Of a stretch of 64,000 bases of DNA, positions 33,905-44,980 are shown piece by piece (the first letter of the stretch is position 1; every line of letters starts with the position of its first letter). This DNA comes from Candidatus Eiseniibacteriota bacterium (GTDB lineage: Bacteria; Eisenbacteria; RBG-16-71-46): the NCBI GenBank assembly GCA_963707915.1, contig OY970178.1:640001-704000 (forward strand), given 5' to 3'. The position numbers and the translations under genes were made by a program. The notes below the pieces were generated by a model. The model saw nothing but the letters and a program-made list of their open reading frames with translations, was not told the DNA's origin and searched no databases.

Positions 33905-34673
33905 ATGATCCTCTGGTGCGACGGGGGCCACGGTCCCGCCGAGAACATGCGGCGCGACGCCGCGCTCCTGGACGCGGCGGCCGCCGGGGCCGGGCCCGTC
34001 CTGCGGCTCTTCACCTTCGTTCCGGCGGGGATCACCCTGGGCCGCGCCCAGGACCCGGCCCGGGAGCTCGACCTCGCAAGATGCGCCGCCGCGGGGGTCC
34101 CGTGGGCGGTGCGCCCCACCGGCGGGCGCGCCGTCTACCACGACGAGGAGTGGACCTACTCGATCGCCGCCGGCCTGGCAGACCCGTCGTGGGGAGGCGG
34201 GCTGGAGGTGGCGTACGGGCACGTCTCGCGATTGATCGTGGCGTCGCTGGCGCGGCTGGGGGTGCCTGCCATGCTCTCGCCCGGGGCGGCGCGCGGGGAC
34301 CTCGCACCGCGCTCCGCGACGGGTGCCGCGGCGCCGTGCTTCGCCTCGACGGCCCGCCACGAGATCGTGCTCGAGGGCCGCAAGCTGGTGGGCAGCGCGC
34401 AACGGCGGACGGCACGGGCGCTGCTGCAGCAGGGGAGCCTCCTGACTCGGTCCGGCGCACCTGCGGCTCGCGGACTTCCTGGCCATCCCGGACCCGGCGC
34501 GGGAACGGGTGCGCGCGGGTCTCGAGCAGGCCGCGGCGCACGCCGGCCGCTGGCTCGGTTCCCGGCCGCCGCTCGCGCGCTGGGCCGACGCCCTGCAGGC
34601 GGAGTTGCCCCCGGACACGCGGCGGCTCGAGGGTGACGCGGGCCTCGAGGCGATCGGGGCGAGCGTCGCGTGA
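33905..34673 (+). CDS. Lipoate--protein ligase/octanoyltransferase (LplA/LipM family); +1 frameshift near 34445
   Basis: NMRRD, RPTGGRAVYH, APCF, RKLVGSAQRR..LQQGS; continues as GPAHLRLADFL..SVA* to TGA at 34671-34673. Confidence 0.85.
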
Positions 34674-34687
34674 GCCGGCACGACGGG

Positions 34688-34716
34688 TTGACCCCCGCCC
34701 GGGGCAGCCGGATACT
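34688..34716 (+). promoter_or_regulatory. Putative sigma70 promoter of peptide ABC operon
   Basis: TTGACC-17-GATACT. Confidence 0.45.
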
Positions 34717-34759
34717 TCCCGTCCGACACGCTGTCCCGCACCTCCCGGAGGGCACGCCG

Positions 34760-36531
34760 ATGGGCCGCCGCGCCACGATCCCGATCGTCTTGGCCATCGC
34801 GCTCTTCGGCGGCGGGCTGCCCGGGGCCGCCGGTGCGCAGCCCATGCGGGCATCGATGCGCGAGCCCGGGGTGCCCGGCGGTCGATTCGTCATCGGCGTG
34901 ACCAACGACGCCCGGACCCTCAACCCGATCATGTCGAACGAGACCAGCTCGAGCGAAGTCAGCGACCTGCTCTTCACCGCGCTGACGGAGTTCGACAACG
35001 TCACCCAGACGCCGTACCCGGTGCTCGCGCGGAGCTGGAAGGTGAGCCCCGACGGGCTCACCTGGACCTGGCACCTGCGGCGCGGTGCGCGCTTCTCGGA
35101 CGGCCATCCGATCACCGCCGCGGACGTCCTGTTCAGCTTCGCGGTCGCCTACGATTCCACCCTGCACCAGTCCATCTACGACCTCCTCACGCCGCACGGG
35201 CGCAAGATGCAGGTCTCGGCCCCCGACTCCTACACGGTCGTGACCCGCATCGCCCGGCCACACGCGCTCATGGTGGAGGCGGTCGGGGCCCTGCGCATCC
35301 TCCCGCGGCACGTGCTCGAACCGGCCTGGCGCGCGGGCCGCTTCGCCTCGTCCTACGGCGTGGGCACGCCGCCCGAGAGCCTGGTGACCAGCGGGCCCTG
35401 GATGCTCAGGCAGTTCGTCGCGCGCGAGAAGACCGTGCTCACCGGCAATCCGTACTGGTTCGGGGTGGACGCCCGCGGCCGGCGGCTGCCGTACCTCGAC
35501 GAGCTCGTGTTCCTCGTCGTCCCGGACCTGAACACCGCGACCCTGAAGTTCCAGGCCGGCGAGCTGGACGGCATCGACGACGTGAAGGCCGAGGACTACG
35601 CGACCTTCGCCCGGAACCAGGCGAGCGGCGGGTACACGCTCCACGACCTGGGCGCGGCGCTGACCAGCAACTTCTTCTGGTTCAACCTCAACACGGTGAA
35701 GACGCCCGGGGGCAGGAGGCCGCCGGGCGCGCCGCTCGCGGACCCGGTCCAGTACGCGTGGTTCGCGGACCCGGGACTTCCGCCGCGCGGTGTCGATGGC
35801 GATCGATCGCGACGCCATCATCCGCAGCGTGTTCTTCGGCGAGGGCGTGCGGAACTGGTCGCTCATGACGCCCGGGCTACCGCGGCTTCTTCTCCCCGCG
35901 CACGACCGCCCCGGACTACGACCCGGTCGCGGCGCGGCGGCTGCTCGCGCGCAGCGGGTTCCGGGACCGCGACGGCGACGGCTGCTCGAGGACGCGAAGG
36001 GCAACCCCGTGCGCTTCACGCTCAAGACCAACGCCGGCGGCATCCGCGTCCAGATGGCCAACTTCGTGCGGGATGACCTGGCCCGGGTCGGCATCCAGTG
36101 CACGGTGGCCGCGGTCGACTTCAACACCCTGCTCCGGAACATGCGCGAGGACTTCGACTACGACGCGCGTCCTGGCGGGCCTCGGCGCCGCGGTACCGCC
36201 CGACCCGGGGATGTGCGGGAACTTCTACCGCTCGAGCGGACTCTCGCATTTCTGGAACACCCGGCAGGCCCGGCCCGAGAGCCGGCAGGAGGCCCGGCTC
36301 GACAGCCTCTTCGGCGAGCTGCTGCGTCCCGCCCCGCTCGCTGCCCGCCGCCGGCTGAGCGCGCGGCTGGACGAGATCGTCAACGACCAGTGCTGGGTGA
36401 TCTGGCTGCCGACGATGCGGATCAAGCTGCCGGTCCGGGACCGCTTCGGCAACGTGCACCCGACCATCCTGCCGCAGCGACTGCTCTGGAACATCCAGAC
36501 CGTGTTCGTGAAACCGCAGGGCCGGAGGTAG
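34760..36531 (+). CDS. Oligopeptide/dipeptide ABC substrate-binding protein (family 5); about 4 frameshifts
   Basis: TLNPI, LARSW..DGLTWTWHLR..FSDGHPITAADV, LPYLD, MAIDRDAI; pieces spread over ORFs 34670, 35790 and 36073. Confidence 0.85.
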
Positions 36532-36569
36532 GGCCCGGGGCCTGCCGGACCCCGCGCACCCGCCGGAGC

Positions 36570-37538
36570 ATGCGAAGCTACGTCCTGCGCAGGCTGCTGC
36601 AGCTGGTCCCGCTCCTGCTCGCCGTCTGCGTGCTCACCTTCGTGCTGCTCAAGCTCGCCCCGGGCGACTACCTCACGACCCTCTCCGACAATCCCCAGGT
36701 CTCGGCCGCCACGATCGACGCCATGCGGCACCGCTTCGGGCTCGATCGGCCCTGGACCGTGCAGCTCGTCCTCTACCTGAAGAACGTCCTGCTGCACCTC
36801 GACTTCGGCGAGTCGTTCTCGCGCCACCAGCCGGTCTTCGCGGTGCTGCGCGAGGGGTTGCTCAACACCCTGTTGCTGGCGCTGGCCGGGGCGCTGGTGA
36901 CCTGGGGGCTGGCGATCCCGCTCGGGGCGTGGGCGGCCGCCCGGCAGGGCACCGCGGTGGACCGCACGCTCTCGCTGGTGGCGTTCGTCGGCCTCTCGGT
37001 GCCGGAGGTGCTCTCGGGGCTGCTGCTCCTGATGCTGGCCGCCAACACCGGGTGGTTCCCGGTGGGCGGGATGCGCTCGCTCGACTGGGAATCGCTGCCG
37101 CCCGCGGGGCAGGCCGTCGACCTCCTGCGACACCTCGCGCTGCCGGCGCTGGTCGTGGGGCTGGTGCCGCTGGCCGGCCGCATGCGCCAGATGCGTGCCA
37201 ACCTCCTCGACGTGCTGCGCCTCGACTACGTCACGACCGCGCGGGCGAAGGGCCTGGACGAGCGCGCCGTGGTGATGAAGCACGCGCTGCGGAACGCCCT
37301 CAACCCGCTCATCACGCTGTTCGGGTACACGCTGGGGTCGCTGCTCTCCGGCTCGCTGGTCGCCGAGATCATCTTCTCGTGGCCCGGGCTGGGGCGGGTC
37401 ACCTACGAGGCGATCCTGGCGCGCGACCAGTACCTCGTCGTGGGCTCGGTCCTGATGGCCGCGGCGGTGCTGGTGCTCGGCAACCTGGTCGCCGACCTGC
37501 TGCTCGCCGCCGCCGACCCGCGGATCCGCCATGAGTGA
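36570..37538 (+). CDS. Peptide ABC permease (OppB/DppB)
   Basis: YVLRRLL, DFGESF, EAA loop [23 protein letters not shown]. Confidence 0.92.
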   Translation: MRSYVLRRLLQLVPLLLAVCVLTFVLLKLAPGDYLTTLSDNPQVSAATIDAMRHRFGLDRPWTVQLVLYLKNVLLHLDFGESFSRHQPVFAVLREGLLNTLLLALAGALVTWGLAIPLGAWAAARQGTAVDRTLSLVAFVGLSVPEVLSGLLLLMLAANTGWFPVGGMRSLDWESLPPAGQAVDLLRHLALPALVVGLVPLAGRMRQMRANLLDVLRLDYVTTARAKGLDERAVVMKHALRNALNPLITLFGYTLGSLLSGSLVAEIIFSWPGLGRVTYEAILARDQYLVVGSVLMAAAVLVLGNLVADLLLAAADPRIRHE

Positions 37539-38638
37539 GGCGCGCCGCGCGGGCCCGGCGGAGTCGCCGGGACGGTTGTTCCTGCGCCGGTTCCGGCGCA
37601 ATCCGCTGGCGCTCGCCGGCGCCACGCTGCTCGGCGTGCTTCTACGGGCTGGCGCTGCTGGCGCCGTTCGTCGCTCCGTATCGCGAGGACGAGCTGGACC
37701 GCTCGCGCTTCTACCACCCGCCCGCAGGCGCTCCACTGGCGGGACGCGGGCGGCCGCCTGCACCTGCGTCCCTTCGTGCATCCGACCGTGCAGGGCCCGG
37801 GCATCTTCGAGTACCGGGAGGACCGCTCGCGCGAGGTGCCGCTGCGGTTCTTCGTCCGCGGCTCCCGCTACCGCCTGTCCGGCCTCGTGCCGGCCGAGCG
37901 GCACCTCTTCGGCGTGGACCCGCCCGGACGGGTGAACCTGCTCGGGACCGACCCCGCGGGGCGCGACGTGCTGTCGCGACTGCTCTTCGGAGCGCAGGTG
38001 TCGCTCACCGTGGGGCTCGTGGGCATCCTGATCTCCTTCAGCCTCGGGCTGCTGCTGGGTGGCGTCTCGGGCTACCTCGGGGGCTGGGCGGACGGGCTCA
38101 TCATGCGCTCGAGCGAGGTCCTGCTCAGCATCCCGGGGCTCTACCTGATCATCGCGCTGCGCTCCGCGTTCCCGGCGAGCCTGCCCAGCTGGAAGGTCTA
38201 CGTCGCCATCGTGGCCATCCTCGCGCTCATCGGCTGGGCCGGACTGGCCCGCGTCATCCGCGGGATGGTGCTCTCCATCCGGCGCTCCGACTACGTCGCC
38301 GCCGCGGAGGCGCTGGGCATGAGCCGGACCCGCATCATCGTGCGCCACGTGCTGCCCAACACCCTGTCGTTCGTGATCGTGGCGGCGACCGTCGCCGTGC
38401 CGGGCTACATCCTGGGCGAGGTCTTCCTGTCCTTCCTCGGGGTCGGCGTGCAGGAACCCAGCGCCTCGTGGGGGAACATGCTGCAACAGGCGCGCAGCGT
38501 CACGGTCCTCACGGACTTCCCGTGGCTGCTGTACGCTCCGGGGGTGGCGATCTTCCTGACGGTGATGGCCTTCAACTTCCTCGGCGACGGATTGCGCGAC
38601 GCGCTCGACCCGCGCCGGCCGGGCACGGGCAGGGCCCA

Positions 38639-38642
<4 letters not shown>
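37531..38642 (+). CDS. Peptide ABC permease (OppC/DppC); two frameshifts (about 37635, 37725)
   Basis: [47 protein letters not shown]. Confidence 0.88.
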
Positions 38643-39655
<1,013 letters not shown>

Positions 39656-39663
<8 letters not shown>

Positions 39664-40667
39664 GCCGCTGCTCGAGGTCCGCGACCTGGTCAAGCACTTT
39701 CCCATCCGCCGCGGGATCTTCGGCCGGGCGGCCGGGCAGGTGCGCGCGGTGGACGGCGTCTCCTTCGACGTCCGCGCGGGCGAGGTGCTCGGCCTGGTGG
39801 GGGAGAGCGGCTGCGGCAAGACCACGACCGGGCGCTGCGTCCTCCGGCTGATCGAGCCGACCTCCGGCACGGTCCGATTCGACGGGCGGGACATCACGCG
39901 GCTCTCGCGCCGCGAGCTGCGCCCGCTGCGCCGGCGGATGCAGGTCGTCTTCCAGGACCCGTACTCGAGCCTCAACCCGCGCCTGACCGTCGGCAGCATG
40001 CTGGGCGAGGCCCTGACGATCCACGGCCTGGCTCGCGGGGCGGAGGTCCGGACCCGGGTCGGCGAGCTGCTCGAGCTGGTGGGGCTCTCGCCGGACCACG
40101 CCCGACGGTATCCGCACGAGTTCTCGGGTGGTCAGCGCCAGCGCATCGGGATCGCGCGCGCGCTCGCGGTCGAGCCGCAGCTCATCGTCGCCGACGAGCC
40201 GGTCTCGGCCCTGGACGTCTCGATCCAGGCGCAGATCGTGAATCTGCTGCAGGAGCTCCAGCGCAGCATGGGGCTCACCTATCCTGTTCGTGGCGCACGA
40301 CCTCTCGGTGGTCGAGCACATCAGCGACCGGGTCGCGGTCATGGTCCTGGGCCGCATCGTCGAGCTGGCCGACGCCGACGCGCTGTACCGCGCCCCGCGG
40401 CACCCGTACACGTCGTCCCTGCTGTCGGCCATCCCGGCGCCCGATCCCGGACGCCGGCGCCGCATCGTCCTCCAGGGCGACGTCCCCAGCTCCTCGAGCC
40501 CGCCCGCGGGGTGCGGATTCCACCCGCGCTGTCCCATGGCGCGTGAACGCTGCGCCCGGGAAGCGCCGGCGTTGCGCGAGGTCGCCCCGGGGCACGCTTC
40601 CGCCTGCCACTTCGCCGAGGAGTTGGGCGTGCCCCTCGTACCGGGCCACGCCCCGCCGGCCCGATAG
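39656..40667 (+). CDS. Peptide ABC ATPase (OppF/DppF); frameshift near 40282
   Basis: [45 protein letters not shown]. Confidence 0.9.
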
Positions 40668-40962
40668 GGCCCGGCGGGACCTGCCGGGGCCCGAAACCAC
40701 CCCTCGCCGGCCGCGCCTGCGGGACCTGCCCCAATCGGGGCCGCCGGGCGGGGTGGAAACCCCCGCGGCGTCGGGGCGGTCGAATCCCGGCGCCCGGTCC
40801 GCGCGGCTCCCGCGCTCCATCCCTCACCGGGCGCAACGGTCTGCAGCGGAACGGCATCGCGCGGACGCGGCCGGGTCGGCGAAGCGCGCCGCCCGGGACG
40901 GCACCACCCTTGCGGTACCACTTCGTCGAGGTCGCCGATCCGGCGGACGAGACCAGCGCCAG

Positions 40963-41179
40963 GGGGCGCGGCAACCGGCGGAGCGGAAGCCGACAACCGA
41001 ATACGATGTGTTCCCTGTGCGACTCGTGCTTCGCTGCCTTCAAGGCTGATCCCCCTATCGCGAGCGAAGGAGTCTTGAGGAACGGCACACGGTCGAAACG
41101 GGGAACCTATCTGAAGGGCCCTGGCCGCAACGACCAGGGCCCTTGACGTCGTGCCTCTCCCGAGCGGAAGGCGTGCCCC
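40963..41179 (+). ncRNA. ssrS: Probable 6S RNA (or other structured ncRNA)
   Basis: Manual pairing: closing stem 40963-40994 with 41148-41179; A-rich 5' bubble AACCGAATACGATGT; long imperfect stem 41010-41106; hairpin 41114-41144 on the 3' side of the bubble. Confidence 0.6.
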
Positions 41180-41296
41180 ATCCCCGAACGCTCACGCCCT
41201 CCGCAGGCTTCCGCCGCCGCCTCCCGGGGAGGCCCCCGCGCGGCCGTTCGGCACCGTCATTCCCGCACGGCACCGGCACTTGCGGCCCTGCACTCG

Positions 41297-41325
41297 TTGA
41301 CCGGCTCCGCCATCCCTGATAGCGT
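41297..41325 (+). promoter_or_regulatory. Putative promoter of BMC operon
   Basis: TTGACC-17-TAGCGT with TG extended -10. Confidence 0.5.
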
Positions 41326-41396
41326 CCCGCCCCGGAGCGAGCAGGAGCCGCGCTCGGGTCGTCATCGTAACCCGCCAGGGAGGAGTCTCGGAGCCC

Positions 41397-41711
41397 GTGC
41401 CACGAGAAGCGTTGGGGCTGGTCGAGACGCGCGGGATGGTCGCTGCCGTGGAGGCCGCCGACGCCATGTGCAAGACGGCCCGGGTCCGCCTGGCGCGTTT
41501 CGAGGTCACGCGTGACGCCCTGGTCACGGTGACGGTCCGGGGCGCGCTCGCGGAGGTCGAAGCCGCGGTGGCCGCCGGAGCCACGGCTGCGGCGTACAAG
41601 GGCGAAGTGGTCGCGCGCCACGTGATCCCGTCGCCCGATGGGCAGCTCGAGGAACCGATCGCGGGACCTTCGCCGGGTGCGGCGGCCCGTGGGAACGACA
41701 CCACCCCCTAA
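41397..41711 (+). CDS. BMC-H shell protein (divergent pore)
   Basis: [25 protein letters not shown]. Confidence 0.88.
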   Translation: MPREALGLVETRGMVAAVEAADAMCKTARVRLARFEVTRDALVTVTVRGALAEVEAAVAAGATAAAYKGEVVARHVIPSPDGQLEEPIAGPSPGAAARGNDTTP

Positions 41712-41721
41712 GGAGAGTCCC

Positions 41722-42021
41722 ATGCAGGAAGAGGCTCTGGGCCTGATCGAGACACGCGGCTTCGTCGCGATGGTCGAAGCTTCCGACGCGATGGTGAAGG
41801 CCGCGCGGGTCGAACTGGTGCACTACGAGAAGATCGGCGGCGGCTACGTCACGACGATCGTCCGCGGCGACGTGGCCGCGGTCCGCGCCGCCACCGAGGC
41901 GGGCTCGCTGGCTGCGGCGAAGGTGGGCGAGGTGGTCTCCGTCCATGTCATCGCGCGGCCGCACGCCATGCTCGAGGACGTGCTGCCCATCCGGCGGCCC
42001 GAGAGCAGCGGCAAGAAGTAG
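41722..42021 (+). CDS. BMC-H shell protein (EutM/PduA-like)
   Basis: [38 protein letters not shown]. Confidence 0.95.
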   Translation: MQEEALGLIETRGFVAMVEASDAMVKAARVELVHYEKIGGGYVTTIVRGDVAAVRAATEAGSLAAAKVGEVVSVHVIARPHAMLEDVLPIRRPESSGKK

Positions 42022-42023
42022 CG

Positions 42024-42329
42024 ATGATCCTCGCACGCGTGCAGGGCACCGTGGTCTCGACCCGCAAGGACCACGGCCTGACGGGCCTCAAGCTGCTCCT
42101 GGTCCGCGAGGTCGACGCGCAGTTCAAGCCGGCCGGCAGCCACGTCGTGGCCGTCGACGCGGTGGGCGCGGGCGACGGCGAGATCGTGATGGTGGCCGCG
42201 GGCTCCTCGGCGCGCCTGACGGAGGTCTCCCGCGACCGGCCGGTGGATGCGGTCGTCGTCGGGATCGTGGATGCGGTCGAGGTGGCGGGGAAGGACGTCT
42301 ACCTCAAGAGCTCCGGCGTGACGGGCTGA
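42024..42329 (+). CDS. BMC-P vertex protein (EutN/CcmL)
   Basis: MILARVQGTVVSTRK..VAVDAVGAG..GSSAR..DAVVVGIVD. Confidence 0.95.
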   Translation: MILARVQGTVVSTRKDHGLTGLKLLLVREVDAQFKPAGSHVVAVDAVGAGDGEIVMVAAGSSARLTEVSRDRPVDAVVVGIVDAVEVAGKDVYLKSSGVTG

Positions 42330-42339
42330 GCCGGCACCC

Positions 42340-43767
42340 ATGGCGCTCGACGAGAAGCGGATCGCCTCCATCGTGAGCGAGGTGCTGGAGCGCCTCGATT
42401 CGGGCCGGCGGGCCGGCGGCGGGGCCCCCGCGCGGGGCGCGCCGCTGGGCGTGCACGCCGATCTGGACCGCGCGGTGGAGGGTGCCCGCGCCGCGTTCAA
42501 GGCCTACGACCAGACCCCGCTCGAGACCCGCCGGCGCATCATCGCCGCGGCGCGGGAGGCGCTCTCGACGCAGTACGAGACCTTCGCCGCCCTGGCGGTC
42601 GAGGAGAGCGGCCTGGGGCGGGTCGAGGACAAGATCCAGAAGAACCGCCTGGTGACCGAGCGCACGCCGGGGACCGAGGACCTCGAGCCGGTCACCTGGA
42701 CCGGCGACCACGGCCTGACGCTGATGGAGCGGGCGCCGTACGGGGTGATCGCCGTCATCACGCCGGTCACGAACCCCAGCGAGACCATCATCAACAACGG
42801 CCTCTCGATGATCGCCGGGGGGAACACCGCGGTGTTCTGCCCCCACCCGTCCGCCCGCAAGGTCTCGATCCTGACCATCGACGTGATCAACCGGGCGGCG
42901 CTGCACGCGGGAGCCCCGTTGCCGCTGCTGCACACGGTGGAGCAGCCCAGCATCGAGGTGGCGAAGGCCCTGCTGAACTACCGGGGGATCCGCCTGAACG
43001 TCGTGACCGGCGGGCCGGGCGTGGTGAAGGAGGCGCTCGCCGCGGGCAAGAAGGCCATCACCGCCGGGCCCGGCAACCCGCCGGCCGTGGTGGACGAGAC
43101 CGCCGACCTGCAGCGGGCCGCGCGCGACCTGGTGGCCGGTGCGTCCTTCGACAACAACATCATCTGCACCGACGAGAAGGCGGTGGTCGCGGTCGCGATG
43201 ATCGCCGACGGGCTCAAGGAGGCGCTCGCGCGCGCCGGGGCCGCCGTGTTGCCGCCGCACCAGGTCGAGAAGTTGCGCGGCCTGCTGCTCGAGAAGGAGA
43301 ACGGTCCCCGCCACCACGCCGAGATCAACCGGCGCTACGTCGGCAAGGACGCGGGCGTGATCCTGCGCGACGCCGGGATTCCCTGCGACCCCCGCACGCG
43401 GCTGGCCCTGTGCGAGGTCGACGCGGACCATCCCTTCCTTTGGACCGAGATGATGATGCCCGTCCTGCCGCTGACGCGCGCGCGCACCGTGGACGAGGCC
43501 ATCGACTTCGCCCTGCTGGTCGAGCAGGGCAACCGCCACACCGCCTCCATGCACTCGCGCAACATCGAGAAGCTCTCGAGGATGGCGCGCCTGTGCGACT
43601 GCTCCATCTTCGTCAAGAACGGCCCCAACTACGCCGGCCTCGGTTTCGGCGGCGAAGGCCCCACGAGCTTCACGATCGCGAGTCCGACGGGAGAGGGCAT
43701 GACCACCGCACGCAGCTTCACCCGGGTGCGCCGCTGCACCCTGGTGGACCATTTCCGGATCGTCTGA
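42340..43767 (+). CDS. BMC-associated acylating aldehyde dehydrogenase (EutE/PduP-like)
   Basis: N-terminal encapsulation helix, PVTNPSET, GPGNPPAVVDETAD, catalytic Cys in SFDNNIICTDEK, TIASPTGEG. Confidence 0.93.
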   Translation: MALDEKRIASIVSEVLERLDSGRRAGGGAPARGAPLGVHADLDRAVEGARAAFKAYDQTPLETRRRIIAAAREALSTQYETFAALAVEESGLGRVEDKIQKNRLVTERTPGTEDLEPVTWTGDHGLTLMERAPYGVIAVITPVTNPSETIINNGLSMIAGGNTAVFCPHPSARKVSILTIDVINRAALHAGAPLPLLHTVEQPSIEVAKALLNYRGIRLNVVTGGPGVVKEALAAGKKAITAGPGNPPAVVDETADLQRAARDLVAGASFDNNIICTDEKAVVAVAMIADGLKEALARAGAAVLPPHQVEKLRGLLLEKENGPRHHAEINRRYVGKDAGVILRDAGIPCDPRTRLALCEVDADHPFLWTEMMMPVLPLTRARTVDEAIDFALLVEQGNRHTASMHSRNIEKLSRMARLCDCSIFVKNGPNYAGLGFGGEGPTSFTIASPTGEGMTTARSFTRVRRCTLVDHFRIV

Positions 43768-44315
43768 TGAACGTCGCCATCGCCGCCCTCGAGACCAGCA
43801 GCATCGCGCAGGGGACCGTCGCCGCCGACGCCATGGTGAAGACCGCCGAGGTGGAGCTCCTCGAGCTCGGCCCGCTCTCGCCGGGCAAGTTCTGGGTCCT
43901 GATCGGGGGTGAGGTCGCGACCGTCCGGGCCTCCTTCCAGCGCGGCGTCGCGGTGGCGGGGGAGACCCTGCTCGACTCGCTCTTCATCCCGCAGCTCCAT
44001 GAGTTCGTGATCCCCGCGCTGCGCGGCATCGCCCCACCGCAGGACCATGACGCGCTGGGGGTCATCGAGACGCTCAGCGCGGCGTCGGCCGTCGTGGCGG
44101 CCGACCGCGCGGCCAAGGCCGCCGACGTGGCGCTGCGCGACCTCCGGCTCTCGAACGGGATCGGGGGCAAGGGCGTGCTGTGGCTGAGCGGCGCGGTGGG
44201 CGACGTGCAGGCCGCCGTCGAGGCGGGACGGGCGGAGGCGCTCCAGAAGGGCCTGCTCGCGCGGGCGGTCGTGATCCCGCGGCTGCACCCGCAGCTCAAG
44301 GCGAGGATCTTCTAG
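43767..44315 (+). CDS. BMC-T shell protein (PduT-like)
   Basis: Two BMC domains: AADAMVKTA..SPGKF and ALGVIET..AADRAAKAA..GIGGKG. Confidence 0.9.
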   Translation: MNVAIAALETSSIAQGTVAADAMVKTAEVELLELGPLSPGKFWVLIGGEVATVRASFQRGVAVAGETLLDSLFIPQLHEFVIPALRGIAPPQDHDALGVIETLSAASAVVAADRAAKAADVALRDLRLSNGIGGKGVLWLSGAVGDVQAAVEAGRAEALQKGLLARAVVIPRLHPQLKARIF

Positions 44316-44605
44316 TGTTCTTCGCGCGCGTCGTCGGGACCGTGGTCTGCTCCACGCGGGTCCCCGCCTGGACCGGCCAGCGCACGCTCCTGATCCAGCC
44401 GACCGACCCCGACGGCCATGACCAGGGCCGCTGGCTCGTGGCGGTGGACCTGGTTTCCGCCGCGCAGGGGCAGCGGGTCTTCTACGTGCGCGGCCGCGAG
44501 GCCGCGAACGCACTGGCCAACCCCGAGAACCCGGCCGACGCCGCCATCGTGGGCATCGTCGACGAGGTTCGCGCGCACGCCTGGACCGGCCCGGGAGACG
44601 CCTGA
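44315..44605 (+). CDS. BMC-P vertex protein
   Basis: VFFARVVGTVVCST..VAVDLVSA..DAAIVGIVD. Confidence 0.88.
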   Translation: MFFARVVGTVVCSTRVPAWTGQRTLLIQPTDPDGHDQGRWLVAVDLVSAAQGQRVFYVRGREAANALANPENPADAAIVGIVDEVRAHAWTGPGDA

Positions 44606-44943
44606 TGTTCCTGGCCCGCGTGATCGGCGAGGTGGTGGCCACCATCAAGCACGGCGACCTCGCCGGCCGGAAGCTGCTCCTGGTCCAGCCGGTCACCCCG
44701 GCCGACGTTCCGACCGGCAAGCCGGCCATCGCCGTGGACGCCACGGACGCCGGCCCGGGCGACCGCGTGCTGGTCGCGGACGAAGGCAACATGGCCGCCC
44801 AGGTGCTCAAGTCCGCGCGGGGACCGGTCCGAACGGTCATCGTCGGGGTGGTGGACAGCGTGGAATCCGGGGAGGCCGCGGGGCCGGTCCCGGCCGCCCG
44901 GGGGCCCCGGCCGAGGAATGGGCTGCGCAAATCGCCGTCTTAG
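44605..44943 (+). CDS. BMC-P vertex protein
   Basis: MFLARVIGEVVATIKH..AVDATDAGPGDRVL..IVGVVD. Confidence 0.9.
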   Translation: MFLARVIGEVVATIKHGDLAGRKLLLVQPVTPADVPTGKPAIAVDATDAGPGDRVLVADEGNMAAQVLKSARGPVRTVIVGVVDSVESGEAAGPVPAARGPRPRNGLRKSPS

Positions 44944-44980
44944 TGTAGATTACCCGGGTTCAGTGCCGTGTGAGGTGACT

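Noticed and set aside
41010..41144. Alternative identities for the structured RNA (SRP RNA, hammerhead ribozyme, cobalamin riboswitch, attC site)
   Set aside because: It lacks the SRP helix-8 motif, the CUGANGA core, B12-box elements and attC core sites.
40910..41146. 78-aa ORF in the gap before the BMC operon
   Set aside because: No SD or recognisable motif; the region is better explained by the 6S-like RNA fold.
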